Shown: positions 1 through 9,534, numbered from the stretch's first letter. The stretch is DNA of 21,261 nucleotides from an uncultured virus (IMG/VR IMGVR_UViG_3300030330_002808) (IMGVR_UViG_3300030330_002808:62001-83261); one strand, 5' to 3'. Program-made: numbers and translations. The notes: generated from the sequence alone by a model not told the origin.

Positions 1-1508
1 TTATATCTATTACCTAAAATATCTTGTAGATCAAAAAGTCTAGCACCTAAGTCTTTTTGAGACTTAAAGTCCTCAAAAGATCCTAGAACGTTACCATTTG
101 AATCAACAATATTACCTTGTTGTTGAATTGGAATTAAAACTTCTCTGCCGTCTGCTCCTAATCCACCAAATAAATAAGCAGTTCCATCTTTTCCAAAAAC
201 ACCTCTATAATTTTTCAATACGCCATCTTCGCCTCTTATTTGTATTACACCTCTATCATCTATATCAGGTCTAGCCGCTCCTTGATTAATAAATTCCATG
301 TGCTCTAATGCAGCGTTTAATGATGTTTCTCTTCTTCTAGCTCTTAACTCACCTTCCTTTAATTTAACAGTGACCATATTGTTTACTGCAGGGCCAAGTG
401 CTTGACCAAATACTTCTAAAGCACCTCCAATACCACCTCTTGTAGTTGTACCTGTTAATAATCCAGATGCTAGATTAGATAAAAATATTAATTTTGCTTG
501 TGAACTTTGACCTTTATTTAATTCATCAAAATACTGTCTTGCTAATTTTATGTTTTGATTAAATACTGGATCATCCGATGCACCACCAGTTTGAATTGTG
601 TTCGCTGTAGATTTATTAATATCTTTAGTAGCTGCCTTTTCTATTGTGGTTTTAGGTTGTTTTGGTTGTTCAACCTCTGCAACTGCTACTTTAACTTGAT
701 CTCTAGGGTCAGGTAGATTTGGGCCTATCGTATCGCCTTGTATTTTATTTAAATCTGCCTCTCCTGCACCTGCATATTGTTGATCAGCAAGTTGGTCTTG
801 TGGTCCCATATCCTGTAAACTTTTATCTCTTCCTTTAAAACCTGGTCTACCTGCACCTGGACTAGCTTGCGTTGCTATTTTTGTTGTCTCTTTTTTCTTT
901 GGTTTTGGCACAAAATTACCTAACAAATCTTGTTCACTTACATCAGCTTCTCCACCTAATGCTCTTGCTCTATTTAATCTTTTAAATTCAGCTAACTCTG
1001 CAGGACTCATAGCTTTGATTCTTTTTCTTTCGTCAATACCGGCTTTTATTCTATTTTGTATTCCATAAAGAGTTCCTAAACCTACCAAAGTAGGAATTGC
1101 ACCAATTGAGCCTACTGCAAGACCTGGTAATGCTCTCGCTGCTGCTACTGAACCTAAAGTTTGTAATCCAACTCTACCAACATTAAATCCCGGATCCATA
1201 CCAAAAGCATCAGCAACTTTATCACCTGCTTGAAAACCCACAGAAACTGGTATGCTAAAAGCCTCTTTTAGTAAACGAGCAGATGGTCTTACTGAAAGTC
1301 TTTCTAAAAAACTAGGAGGCTTTCTTAAAGCTGGGACTTGTGGTGAAGTTCTTGGTTGCCCTACCATAATCCCAGTATTACTAGTTACAGCAGGTGGTGA
1401 GAAAGGCATAGGACCAATAAACCTGCCATCAAAAGCCTTAATAGGTTTTATGTACCCTTTTTTTAGGGCAGCTTTTCTAAATAAAGGTCTGTTTAATACT
1501 TTGTTCAT
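1..1508 (-). CDS. Large internal virion (DNA ejection) protein, truncated at the left window edge (at least 502 codons)
   Basis: Not in the ORF track because no stop lies in the window. Hand-translated from ATG 1508: MNKVLNRPLFRKAALKKGYIKPIKAFDG..., open to the edge. Gly/Ala-rich hydrophobic segments (LIFLSNLASGLLTGTTTRGGIGGALEVFGQALG). Follows a pilot-like gene. Confidence 0.7.
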   Translation of the reverse strand, partial: MNKVLNRPLFRKAALKKGYIKPIKAFDGRFIGPMPFSPPAVTSNTGIMVGQPRTSPQVPALRKPPSFLERLSVRPSARLLKEAFSIPVSVGFQAGDKVADAFGMDPGFNVGRVGLQTLGSVAAARALPGLAVGSIGAIPTLVGLGTLYGIQNRIKAGIDERKRIKAMSPAELAEFKRLNRARALGGEADVSEQDLLGNFVPKPKKKETTKIATQASPGAGRPGFKGRDKSLQDMGPQDQLADQQYAGAGEADLNKIQGDTIGPNLPDPRDQVKVAVAEVEQPKQPKTTIEKAATKDINKSTANTIQTGGASDDPVFNQNIKLARQYFDELNKGQSSQAKLIFLSNLASGLLTGTTTRGGIGGALEVFGQALGPAVNNMVTVKLKEGELRARRRETSLNAALEHMEFINQGAARPDIDDRGVIQIRGEDGVLKNYRGVFGKDGTAYLFGGLGADGREVLIPIQQQGNIVDSNGNVLGSFEDFKSQKDLGARLFDLQDILGNRY

Positions 1509-1516
1509 AGTGCATC

Positions 1517-2386
1517 TTAGTTAGGTTGCATTCCTTGGAAAGCTGTGAATGCACCTAAACCAGCTCCAATAGATTGTGCTAATGGACTTGGTTGCGGAGC
1601 AGTTGTTGCAGTTATTCCAGATTGCGATTTTGGTCCAGCAGCATAAATGTTAGATAAAAATTCTGCTCGTTGATAAGGTTCAAAAGCCTGTTGTAATTCT
1701 GTTTGTCTTTGAGCATCTAAAGCTTGTTGAGCAAGTTGTCTTTGTAATCCACCTGCACCAAGCATTGTTGCAATATCTTGACCGGCCATTGCTTGTTGCA
1801 CTTGTCCTGCACCTAATAACTGTTGGCCTGCACTTAAACCCACACGTTGCTGATCTTGAGCTGCACCTAATGCACGATCAAAACCTTGTTGTCTAGCCTG
1901 CCCTATTTGACCTAATATTCTATTCTGTAATTCAGCTTGTTGAACACCTTCTCTTCCACCACCAAAAGCTCCTGCTCTTACAGCTTGTGCAGCCAATTGA
2001 TTTTGCATACCAGCACCTTGTCTTAAAATTTCATTCGTTACAAATTGATCGTAAGGATTCATGAACTGTCCTATTTGTTGTTGACCAATAGGTTGCGCTG
2101 CCGCTAAAATTTGTCCGATGCCCGATGTTGTTGTACCTGCACCAACTCCTGTTTGTCCAGCAGCCGTTAATGCTTGTTGTTCTAACGCACTAAATGGTGC
2201 AACTTGAATATCAGGTAGGTCAACAGGTCTTTGTGCGACCTGTCTTGCTAAATCCATTAATTCAATTTTTCTCTCCTCAATTCCTGGAGCTTCTCTAACA
2301 AAAGATGTTGTTGTTGAAGGCGCACCACCACCACTACTTTGTTGTGGTTGTGAGCCACCACCTAAAATATTACTAACAAAACTCAT
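1517..2386 (-). CDS. Gln/Gly/Ala-rich DNA pilot/ejection protein
   Basis: 289 aa, very Q/G/A-rich; motifs QFMNPY and GAFGGGREGVQQAE; hydrophobic C-terminus IGAGLGAF. Composition and position are typical of podovirus ejection proteins. Confidence 0.7.
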   Translation of the reverse strand: MSFVSNILGGGSQPQQSSGGGAPSTTTSFVREAPGIEERKIELMDLARQVAQRPVDLPDIQVAPFSALEQQALTAAGQTGVGAGTTTSGIGQILAAAQPIGQQQIGQFMNPYDQFVTNEILRQGAGMQNQLAAQAVRAGAFGGGREGVQQAELQNRILGQIGQARQQGFDRALGAAQDQQRVGLSAGQQLLGAGQVQQAMAGQDIATMLGAGGLQRQLAQQALDAQRQTELQQAFEPYQRAEFLSNIYAAGPKSQSGITATTAPQPSPLAQSIGAGLGAFTAFQGMQPN

Positions 2387-2844
2387 TTAAGATCCTTTAC
2401 TAATTGTACGTGTTTTTTCTCCCATCCCCATTTTTTTGATACTCTTTCCCAACCAGGTCTAGCCCAAATACACATTCTTTTACAATCATTCTGTTTTGCA
2501 AATTTTGTAATTTCTTCTACAAGTTTATCTTCCCATAGTTCTCTTCGAGTTCCAGTACAGATAACTATCTCTAGTTGATTATAATTTGGTAGTTCCCCTA
2601 TTCTAGTTATTGCAATACCAAACACTTTATTGTGATCATATTCATCATTACCAAACATAATAAACATTTGCATTTGATCTGTTAAAAGCAAATCATAAAT
2701 GTGTTTTGAATCTGCGTATTGACCAGAATACTTTAAAGCCTCTTTGACCATAAACTCAGCAAGTAACCAATATTTAGCTACTTCAGTTGGTTGCACAGGA
2801 ACTATACTAACTCTTGGTTTAATTAATCGGGCTGTTTTTTGCAT
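2383..2844 (-). CDS. GNAT-fold acetyltransferase-like protein (positionally like T7 gp13)
   Basis: 153 aa; LEIVICTG...ITKFAKQNDCKRMCIWARPGWERV...GW fits a GNAT beta-alpha pattern; lies among internal virion genes. Confidence 0.6.
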   Translation of the reverse strand: MQKTARLIKPRVSIVPVQPTEVAKYWLLAEFMVKEALKYSGQYADSKHIYDLLLTDQMQMFIMFGNDEYDHNKVFGIAITRIGELPNYNQLEIVICTGTRRELWEDKLVEEITKFAKQNDCKRMCIWARPGWERVSKKWGWEKKHVQLVKDLK

Positions 2845-3895
2845 TTTTACCTTCTATAATATCAAAGATTCTTTTAAATCTTTTTTGTTGTTCATAGAAG
2901 TATTGGGCACCTTTTTCTCTCATGTCCTTCATACTGTTGGGATTACCTCCAGCTAGGATTCCAGCACCTAATACTCCATCTGCTCTTGTTACAAACTCAC
3001 CGTCTGCTAATTGAGCTAACATTGTATCTTCGTCCTTATCTCCATTACCTGATCCGTCTTCAACATAACCTGAAGCTCTCACATAATTATTTGCATCATT
3101 CTCATCATGACTTACTTTTGATGGTAGATAATTAATACCACCCTGATTAAATTTTGGAATGGTTGCTAAACCACCCTCTTTCAATGTTGTTTTTGCTAAA
3201 GCATATGGGCCTAACATCATTTGTCCTGCTGGTTGATTTGCTTCAGGAATAAAAATATCATCATAAGGTTTTTCAACTCCTGTGGTAGGATCGATATAAG
3301 AAAACTTAGGTCTTTGTTTTGCAAATTCTGCGTAACCAACATTATATGTTGGAGTGTATATATCTTGTGGTTTTCTATCAAAAGCCCCACTCAAAAATGT
3401 AGTTGCGGCTATTGCTGTGCCTAGTTTACCTGGGCTTAATTCCATTTCTCCTGTATCAACTCCATCCTCAAATCTTTTTCTCATTAATAATTTTTGTAAA
3501 AAATTAGAAGGACTTGATTGGGTAGTTTGGGCAGTTTGATTTGCTAAAGCTGCTCTATCAGCCGCTGCAATTGCCTCCGCTACACCAGCATCTCCTGTGC
3601 CAGCACCTGCTTGCAATACATTAGAAGCTTGTTGTCCTCGCATTACTTGCGGTAACATTTGTGATATACCAGGTATCTGTGTAAAAGGTGTAAATTGATC
3701 TGCAGCCGCTTTAAAGCCAGGAACATTTAAAGCTGATCCACCTTGAAGTAAACCTTTGCCTCCATAATAACCTGCTGCAGCTCCAGTTATTCCACCTAAT
3801 ATTCTATTTAAACCTGAAGCTCCCGCTTCCTTATTCCTTTTGTAGCCTTGGTAACCACCGTAAGCAGCCAAAGCGTAAGGTAAGAAATTCAACAT
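2819..3895 (-). CDS. Internal virion protein with C-terminal GG...GEFV domain
   Basis: 358 aa; Gly/Ala-rich N-terminus; C-terminal LKEGG/FNQGG...GSGNGDKDEDTMLAQLADGEFVTRADGV; SD AGGAG at 3906-3910. Confidence 0.65.
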   Translation of the reverse strand: MLNFLPYALAAYGGYQGYKRNKEAGASGLNRILGGITGAAAGYYGGKGLLQGGSALNVPGFKAAADQFTPFTQIPGISQMLPQVMRGQQASNVLQAGAGTGDAGVAEAIAAADRAALANQTAQTTQSSPSNFLQKLLMRKRFEDGVDTGEMELSPGKLGTAIAATTFLSGAFDRKPQDIYTPTYNVGYAEFAKQRPKFSYIDPTTGVEKPYDDIFIPEANQPAGQMMLGPYALAKTTLKEGGLATIPKFNQGGINYLPSKVSHDENDANNYVRASGYVEDGSGNGDKDEDTMLAQLADGEFVTRADGVLGAGILAGGNPNSMKDMREKGAQYFYEQQKRFKRIFDIIEGKNAKNSPIN

Positions 3896-3928
3896 TATTT
3901 ATTTACTCCTTTTAGATCTAAAGAAAGA

Positions 3929-3957
3929 ATAATAGCATTTTACTTGTTTATAATCAA
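3929..3957 (-). promoter_or_regulatory. Sigma70-type promoter for ejection-protein genes
   Basis: Minus strand TTGATT-17 nt-TATTAT with extended -10 TG (TGcTATTAT), upstream of the SD and ATG 3895. Confidence 0.55.
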
Positions 3958-4824
3958 CTCATCGTAGAAACGACCCTGATACTGATGTTCACCAACATGT
4001 ATTATTGAATCATTAACATAAGCGTGACATTTACCACCTATATTGGTCCATAACTGACAGAATGAAAAGTCCTCCCCTAAAAATGTCTTTTCTATTGGGT
4101 CATGTGTTGTATCGAAAAAATTCCACATATTAGGTTTATCAACATATTCACCATTTATTATGGTCTTTTGCACTATTTTTTTATCAGGGTATTTTTCAAT
4201 CATTTTTTCAATAACTGATCTTTTAATTAACATACAGCCTGTTGGAGCATCTGTTACCTCCATTACACCTTTGTTAAGATTAATGTTTTTAGTATCAGGA
4301 ACTTTCATTGGATATGTGTGTAGAGCTCTTCTAATATCATCTGGTACTTTAATTTTATTCTCTTGCATTTTTTTAAATGCTTTTTCCCACATTAAAGTCT
4401 TCAAAGGATAAGGAACTCCAATAACATCTTTATCAGCTTGTAACATTGAAAAGATTGACTTTGCTTGAAAATAAATATCTGAATCAATAAATAATAAATG
4501 TGTAGCATCAGACTCTAAAAAACTAGCAACACAAAGATTTCTACCTTGAGTTACTAAAGATGATTTAATAAGTGAAAAGCTTAAACCTATTTTCTTTTTA
4601 AAACACTCTTGTTGAAATTCTAATAAAGCCTGTGTGTAGTGCAATGATACATCACTATGAACAGGTGTACCGACCAGTATTTTTTTTGAATATTTAGTTT
4701 TTTCTTTTACCGTATTTCCTTCTTTTTTCCATAATGGTTTAATAGCTAAGTCAAAATTTGATTGCACTTCTACTTTTTGTATAGTTTGATAAGTATCTTT
4801 ATTAATAAATTTATCGTTTGGCAT
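3940..4824 (-). CDS. Glycosyltransferase, GT-A fold (GT2-like)
   Basis: ILVGTPVH; GRNLCV; HLLFIDSDI (DxD); GCMLIKRSV; GEDFSFC; IIHVG. Confidence 0.85.
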   Translation of the reverse strand: MPNDKFINKDTYQTIQKVEVQSNFDLAIKPLWKKEGNTVKEKTKYSKKILVGTPVHSDVSLHYTQALLEFQQECFKKKIGLSFSLIKSSLVTQGRNLCVASFLESDATHLLFIDSDIYFQAKSIFSMLQADKDVIGVPYPLKTLMWEKAFKKMQENKIKVPDDIRRALHTYPMKVPDTKNINLNKGVMEVTDAPTGCMLIKRSVIEKMIEKYPDKKIVQKTIINGEYVDKPNMWNFFDTTHDPIEKTFLGEDFSFCQLWTNIGGKCHAYVNDSIIHVGEHQYQGRFYDELIINK

Positions 4825-5740
4825 GAATAGCCCCTGTTAAAAAATTAGTCCACTCAGAGCCTTTTCTATCCCAACTATAAAATTTTTTATAAAACTTTTG
4901 TTGATCATCTAAATATTTTTGCATATCATCCTCATGCAAATAAACTTTTGAGGCATCTATTGCATGAGCAAAAGACTCAGCTAAAAGTTCATGATTTTTA
5001 GTATAGTTGACATATACAGGCCACTCTGAACAAATTTCAGGTAAAGCACCAAAATTGGTCGTAATTACATGTAGGCCCGCAGCTAACGCCTCTAAAGCTG
5101 ACACACAAAATGTTTCTTCAAATATTGATGGATAAACAAACAAGTCATAATCTGAAATATGCTCTTTGATATATTCATGTGATTTATGACCTATATAATT
5201 AACATTAGGTAAAGATGAGGCTTGTTCATATAAAGGTTTAAAAGCTTTTTCATTACCCTCTGCAAACTCACTACCATAAACTTCACATGAGCTATACACG
5301 TCTAATGTGATATCTTTGTTTCTTAACATCTGCATTGCTAGTAAAAGCACATTTAATCCTCTCCAAGGTGTGCAATGGTGTATAATTCTAATAGGATCTC
5401 CTTTTTTATATACTTTTCTTTTAGGAAAATTATCAGCACCGTTTTTTATTACAACGCTTTTATCTTCTGGTATTTGAAAAAAGTATCTAAACTTTTCATA
5501 ATTCCAATGTGAGTTAAAAACATACCAATCATACTCATTAAATCTGTCTTTATTTAAAAAAAATTCTTGTAGGTTACCTTGATCATATGAATTTTTCTGC
5601 CATAGTATATTTATTTTTTTTGGGTGCCATGGAACTTTACCTGGTATTGAAGTACATATTTGTACTTTATCTAATAAGTCTTTGGCTACGTATTTTTCTA
5701 ACAGCTCATGTTGTATTTCAGTTGCGCCTCTAGGTTCCAT
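4811..5740 (-). CDS. Glycosyltransferase, GT-B fold (GT4-like)
   Basis: PWRGLNVLL; YPSIFEETFCVSALEALAAGLHVITT with the E-x7-E motif; N-terminal PRGATE; VFNSHW; VIKNG. Confidence 0.88.
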   Translation of the reverse strand: MEPRGATEIQHELLEKYVAKDLLDKVQICTSIPGKVPWHPKKINILWQKNSYDQGNLQEFFLNKDRFNEYDWYVFNSHWNYEKFRYFFQIPEDKSVVIKNGADNFPKRKVYKKGDPIRIIHHCTPWRGLNVLLLAMQMLRNKDITLDVYSSCEVYGSEFAEGNEKAFKPLYEQASSLPNVNYIGHKSHEYIKEHISDYDLFVYPSIFEETFCVSALEALAAGLHVITTNFGALPEICSEWPVYVNYTKNHELLAESFAHAIDASKVYLHEDDMQKYLDDQQKFYKKFYSWDRKGSEWTNFLTGAIHAKR

Positions 5741-5937
5741 TATTTTTTTGTAAACGCTTCAATATTTACCCTAGTTACTTTTATTTCTAAATCTTGTCTG
5801 AAATCATCAATGGTAGTATCAGTATTTGGATCAGCAACATCAGCATCAAATTCTGCCTTGTTTGCATAAACTTTACCTGTTCTTTTATGTTTAATAATTT
5901 CTTTAGCTTCAGCGGGTATTTTAGGTAAATCTGTCAT
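5740..5937 (-). CDS. Hypothetical protein (65 aa)
   Basis: Coupled to both neighbours by TAATG and ATGA overlaps. Confidence 0.7.
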   Translation of the reverse strand: MTDLPKIPAEAKEIIKHKRTGKVYANKAEFDADVADPNTDTTIDDFRQDLEIKVTRVNIEAFTKK

Positions 5938-6074
5938 CTTCTTCCTTGTCCGTTGTATTTCTTATACGATCTTTTTTCTGACTTTGAAAGTCTTTTTTTA
6001 TGTCTTCCTGGTCTTTTACGAGGCTTTTGATGATGGTATATGTTAACACCAAATAAAGGTTTTTTCTTAGCCAT
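5934..6074 (-). CDS. Small highly basic protein (46 aa)
   Basis: Not in track. MAKKKPLFGVNIYHHQKPRKRPGRHKKRLSKSEKRSYKKYNGQGRR*. AGGA upstream; the stop overlaps the next start (ATGA); fills the gap exactly. Confidence 0.75.
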   Translation of the reverse strand: MAKKKPLFGVNIYHHQKPRKRPGRHKKRLSKSEKRSYKKYNGQGRR

Positions 6075-6408
6075 TTTCCTGAGATCTATCTATTTGTGCA
6101 TAACTTATTATACCCTGTAATTCATCGGCTGTTCCAGCTGTCATTTTTAAAACATCGCTCTCCTCTAAGACTAAAGTTTGACTTATGATGTTCACAGTTG
6201 TTGTTGCAGGAATCGGATTACCGTGTATTCTAAATGTTGATGAAGCTGAAGAATCAGTTACTTGCACAGATAAATTAACAGGGCTACCTGATGTATTATC
6301 TATTTGAATTTGTTTAACTAAACATCTAGCTCCAGATGGTGAGGTAAGAACAGAAGTTGTTCCAGTGCTTGATAAATTTATTCCTGCGTTTTTATATTGA
6401 ATTGTCAT
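6067..6408 (-). CDS. Small beta-rich virion protein (putative)
   Basis: 113 aa, S/T/V-rich; in the tail cluster; ATGA overlap with the upstream ORF. Confidence 0.55.
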   Translation of the reverse strand: MTIQYKNAGINLSSTGTTSVLTSPSGARCLVKQIQIDNTSGSPVNLSVQVTDSSASSTFRIHGNPIPATTTVNIISQTLVLEESDVLKMTAGTADELQGIISYAQIDRSQENG

Positions 6409-6569
6409 GATAAAAAATAATTAAATGTGTCTTGTTCATTTTTAAGTTCTTGTTGATAAGATGTGTTTAACTTATCTTGCATTGTTCGTAAAGACTGATT
6501 TATTTGTCTTTGATTCTCTTCTGTATATTGAGTAGATGGCTCAGGTATAACAATGTCAATTCTTGCCAT
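6405..6569 (-). CDS. Small helical protein following the tail nozzle (54 aa)
   Basis: Not in track. MARIDIVIPEPSTQYTEENQRQINQSLRTMQDKLNTSYQQELKNEQDTFNYFLS*. TAATG overlap upstream and ATGA overlap downstream. Confidence 0.75.
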   Translation of the reverse strand: MARIDIVIPEPSTQYTEENQRQINQSLRTMQDKLNTSYQQELKNEQDTFNYFLS

Positions 6570-8719
6570 TATCTCATACCATCAGGTTGTATGTCGGCTC
6601 TAAATGTACCATATCGCCAACTCTCATTAGTAGTTGTATTCTCAACTTTTAAACTTGCAAATCTTGATCTAGCTCTAGTGTCAACCTTTTCTGTGGAGCT
6701 ATTTATTGTAAAAGGTCCTAATGGAGAAGAGGCTGCCGTTTGTGCAGGAAACCTTTTTAAATTAATTGTTATTCTCGCGTTACCTTCTAATACTTTAAAA
6801 TCAGGAATAAATCTTCTTATACTCATAAACATTTGTCCATCACCACCAACTGTTAAATCAAAATCGCCTGATTGTATAAAAGCTGGTATTGCTGTTCTAG
6901 CTCCAGACGCATCAACTTGATCTACACCTGTCTCGTGTTGATAATAAATCGTTGCACCATTAATATTTGTTACACCTTGTATTGTTGGAAAAGTAGGAAC
7001 TGAACTTGATTCAAACTCGGTTGCGTAAACATTAGAGTATAATGAGGCATCCATCCAAGTAGTTCTGTTCAAAGATCCGGTGGCCCATATTCCGTCTTGA
7101 TAATTGTAGGTTACACATCTATCAATCTCTGAACTACCATCCTTCGGATAAAACCATGTTATTTCTTCATAGAGATGATTTAACCCCGCATATACAGATT
7201 CGCCTTCATCATAATTTATACCTAAATTATCACCAGTTGTTTTAAAAACAAAATCTTCTACTAAACACGGTAAAGATTTTACAGTGCCATCATATACAAA
7301 AAATCCTCCCGACTCACCCATCCAATAAACAGCACCATTTACATATCTTATAGAATGTTGACCAATAGCACCACAATTAGATCCTACTTGTCTTACTGAG
7401 AAAGTAAAAGGCGGTCCTACAAACTGCATAACGTATGCAGATGTATCAGTTAAAATAAACGTATAGTCTTTTCCTTTTACAGCCCCTACAATTTTTGTTC
7501 CTGAATCTAATCTAAAAGATCCAGCTGTGTTTACTGATGTTGGTGTATAATCGGTTATATCTTCTTGATCAGAAAATCTAATGAATAATTTATCTTGTGA
7601 ACCAGCTGTACCTATTGTTGTTTCAGTTCCTAACATTATTAGATGTCTATCTCTATCAGAAACTAATGACATGACTGAGTTAGTAGGAGCATTTGAAATA
7701 ATAACAGCTCTTGTTGTTAGAGCATTAGGATCTGCGTTAATTGGATTCCACGAAAAAGATCTACCATTTTTTACAGTTGCAATTAATTGTTCACCAAAAT
7801 TATCCAAAGACCAAGATGCAGGGTCTATTGCTAAAGTAGAAGATAATGAAGATTCTCCCCAAGCTGTAAAAAATTGAACTGCAGCACCTGAGGAGTGAGC
7901 AGATCTTGTTCCACCCGCATCTCTTGTTATACCAGTTAAATCATTTGATGATATACCTGTATAAGAAATAAATTCAGCACCAACTTTTATAGTGCCTGAT
8001 GTAGGAAAACCTGTTGTTGAAGCGAGTGTTATAGATGTCCCTGAACCACCAGTTCCTGCAGCATCATCATTTAACGAACCATTTAATGTAGAGAATACTT
8101 GTTGTCCTCCACTCCAGGTTCCAGTGCCCCAACCAAATCCATAAGTCTGTGATAAAGATCCCGGTTTGATATACGGATTCACAACTGCAGATCCGCTTCC
8201 GTTGACCGTTGTCCCTGCAGCTGAGGCCATTGTTATCGTAAAGGTGTCATTTGTAGGAACAGTTACAACTTGAAATGTGTTAGTCGTAAAATCTCCAGCA
8301 GAGTATCCTGCGCCTACTGGAGGAGTTACAGAAGTAAACGTAAATAAATCTCCAGCTTCTAATGCGTGTGCTGCTTTGTTAACCGTTACCGTAGCTGATG
8401 TATTTACGGTATTAAAGGTACAACCAGTTAGTGCAGTGTCTAAAGGAGTTATATCGTAAAATGATCCTTCATAATAAACTACTAAAACTTTATTTGTACC
8501 TATGGCTGAATATCTTCTCCCATCCAAATCAGCCCAAGAAAATTGTTCTCTTGCAGCTCCTACAATAGTTGAAGCTAAAAGTTGCTCCCAACCTCCTATT
8601 TTTTCTGGAAGTCCATATCTAAATCTAACAAAGTCACCATCAATCCATTGACCCTCTGCACCAGCCTCTGTGACTTGTTTATTAAACCCAGGTTGTATCT
8701 GTACGTTTGTTAATGGCAT
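6569..8719 (-). CDS. Tail nozzle / tail tubular protein B (P22 gp10 or T7 gp12-like beta-propeller) with inserted domains
   Basis: 716 aa; WIDGDFVRF...PEKIGGW; IRFSDQED; NTAGS; GSNCGAIG; VYWMG; EITWFYP; CVTYNY; FIQSGDFD. Size and position before ejection genes fit. Confidence 0.72.
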   Translation of the reverse strand: MPLTNVQIQPGFNKQVTEAGAEGQWIDGDFVRFRYGLPEKIGGWEQLLASTIVGAAREQFSWADLDGRRYSAIGTNKVLVVYYEGSFYDITPLDTALTGCTFNTVNTSATVTVNKAAHALEAGDLFTFTSVTPPVGAGYSAGDFTTNTFQVVTVPTNDTFTITMASAAGTTVNGSGSAVVNPYIKPGSLSQTYGFGWGTGTWSGGQQVFSTLNGSLNDDAAGTGGSGTSITLASTTGFPTSGTIKVGAEFISYTGISSNDLTGITRDAGGTRSAHSSGAAVQFFTAWGESSLSSTLAIDPASWSLDNFGEQLIATVKNGRSFSWNPINADPNALTTRAVIISNAPTNSVMSLVSDRDRHLIMLGTETTIGTAGSQDKLFIRFSDQEDITDYTPTSVNTAGSFRLDSGTKIVGAVKGKDYTFILTDTSAYVMQFVGPPFTFSVRQVGSNCGAIGQHSIRYVNGAVYWMGESGGFFVYDGTVKSLPCLVEDFVFKTTGDNLGINYDEGESVYAGLNHLYEEITWFYPKDGSSEIDRCVTYNYQDGIWATGSLNRTTWMDASLYSNVYATEFESSSVPTFPTIQGVTNINGATIYYQHETGVDQVDASGARTAIPAFIQSGDFDLTVGGDGQMFMSIRRFIPDFKVLEGNARITINLKRFPAQTAASSPLGPFTINSSTEKVDTRARSRFASLKVENTTTNESWRYGTFRADIQPDGMR

Positions 8720-8724
8720 TAGAT

Positions 8725-8733
8725 ATTATACCA
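8725..8733 (-). promoter_or_regulatory. Extended -10 promoter element
   Basis: Minus strand TGGTATAAT, ending 5 nt before ATG 8719; no SD. Confidence 0.5.
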
Positions 8734-8739
8734 TATCTA

Positions 8740-8967
8740 TTATTTTTTTGTAACTTCCTCAGAAGAAATCTCTTCATGGCCTCTAGATAGCACATTTGGC
8801 GTGGATTGGGACAGTTCAAACACAATATGCATCAAATGATTTTTAAAGTGTGGTAAATCCTCACTTCTTATAACAAAGCTGTTATTGTTGTTTTTTAATA
8901 TTTCTATCTCATTATCTGTAAAAACCAAAGAGGCCTTTTTTTGTTCCTTGTCTATTATAATTTTCAT
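8740..8967 (-). CDS. Hypothetical protein (75 aa)
   Basis: Abuts the upstream oxygenase gene; AGGA upstream. Confidence 0.65.
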   Translation of the reverse strand: MKIIIDKEQKKASLVFTDNEIEILKNNNNSFVIRSEDLPHFKNHLMHIVFELSQSTPNVLSRGHEEISSEEVTKK

Positions 8968-9534
8968 TTAACTTTTTCCTATGGTAAATTCTGGGTATTT
9001 AGGTATTCCTAAGGTTTTCCTACCATCATAGATAGATTGAGCTTTTGGTCCGTTCATATCGACAAAATGTAAAAAAACTTGTGCATGCCAATCACCTAAA
9101 AATTCGTCCCTAGAATGTTTCCATTCACACCCTTTATATAAAATTGCCTCACCAGGTTTGATAAAATAATCTTTACCATCCATCTTTATAGGCCAATCAT
9201 AAGTATTGCATGAATCTATAAATGCAGTCACACTATACTCACAAGCGTCCCTATCAATGTGTTCTGCTAGATATGCATATTTGTTGTAAATTCTTAAATA
9301 AGCGTAAGTTGGTTCTAAATTTTTTTTAGTTATTTCTCTAAGTTTTTTTAAAGATGTTATAGCTATCGCATCAGTCCATGAATCATGATGAGCACAAGAA
9401 TTTGCACCGTCTTGTTGATCAAACTCAATATTGTTGGATCTTAAATATATTTTAGAAACTAATGATAAATACTTTCTTAAATCCTCAGATAAAAAATCTT
9501 TTATAATTACGGGTTCTTGCATTATGGCATCCAT
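8968..9534 (-). CDS. 2OG-Fe(II) oxygenase
   Basis: HIDRDACEYSVT (HxD); GEAILYKGCEWKHSR (distal His); QVFLHFV. Confidence 0.82.
   Translation of the reverse strand: MDAIMQEPVIIKDFLSEDLRKYLSLVSKIYLRSNNIEFDQQDGANSCAHHDSWTDAIAITSLKKLREITKKNLEPTYAYLRIYNKYAYLAEHIDRDACEYSVTAFIDSCNTYDWPIKMDGKDYFIKPGEAILYKGCEWKHSRDEFLGDWHAQVFLHFVDMNGPKAQSIYDGRKTLGIPKYPEFTIGKS

Noticed and set aside
3911..3922. Perfect 12-bp palindrome TTTAGATCTAAA between promoter and SD
   Set aside because: Single AT-rich instance; could be an operator but chance cannot be excluded.
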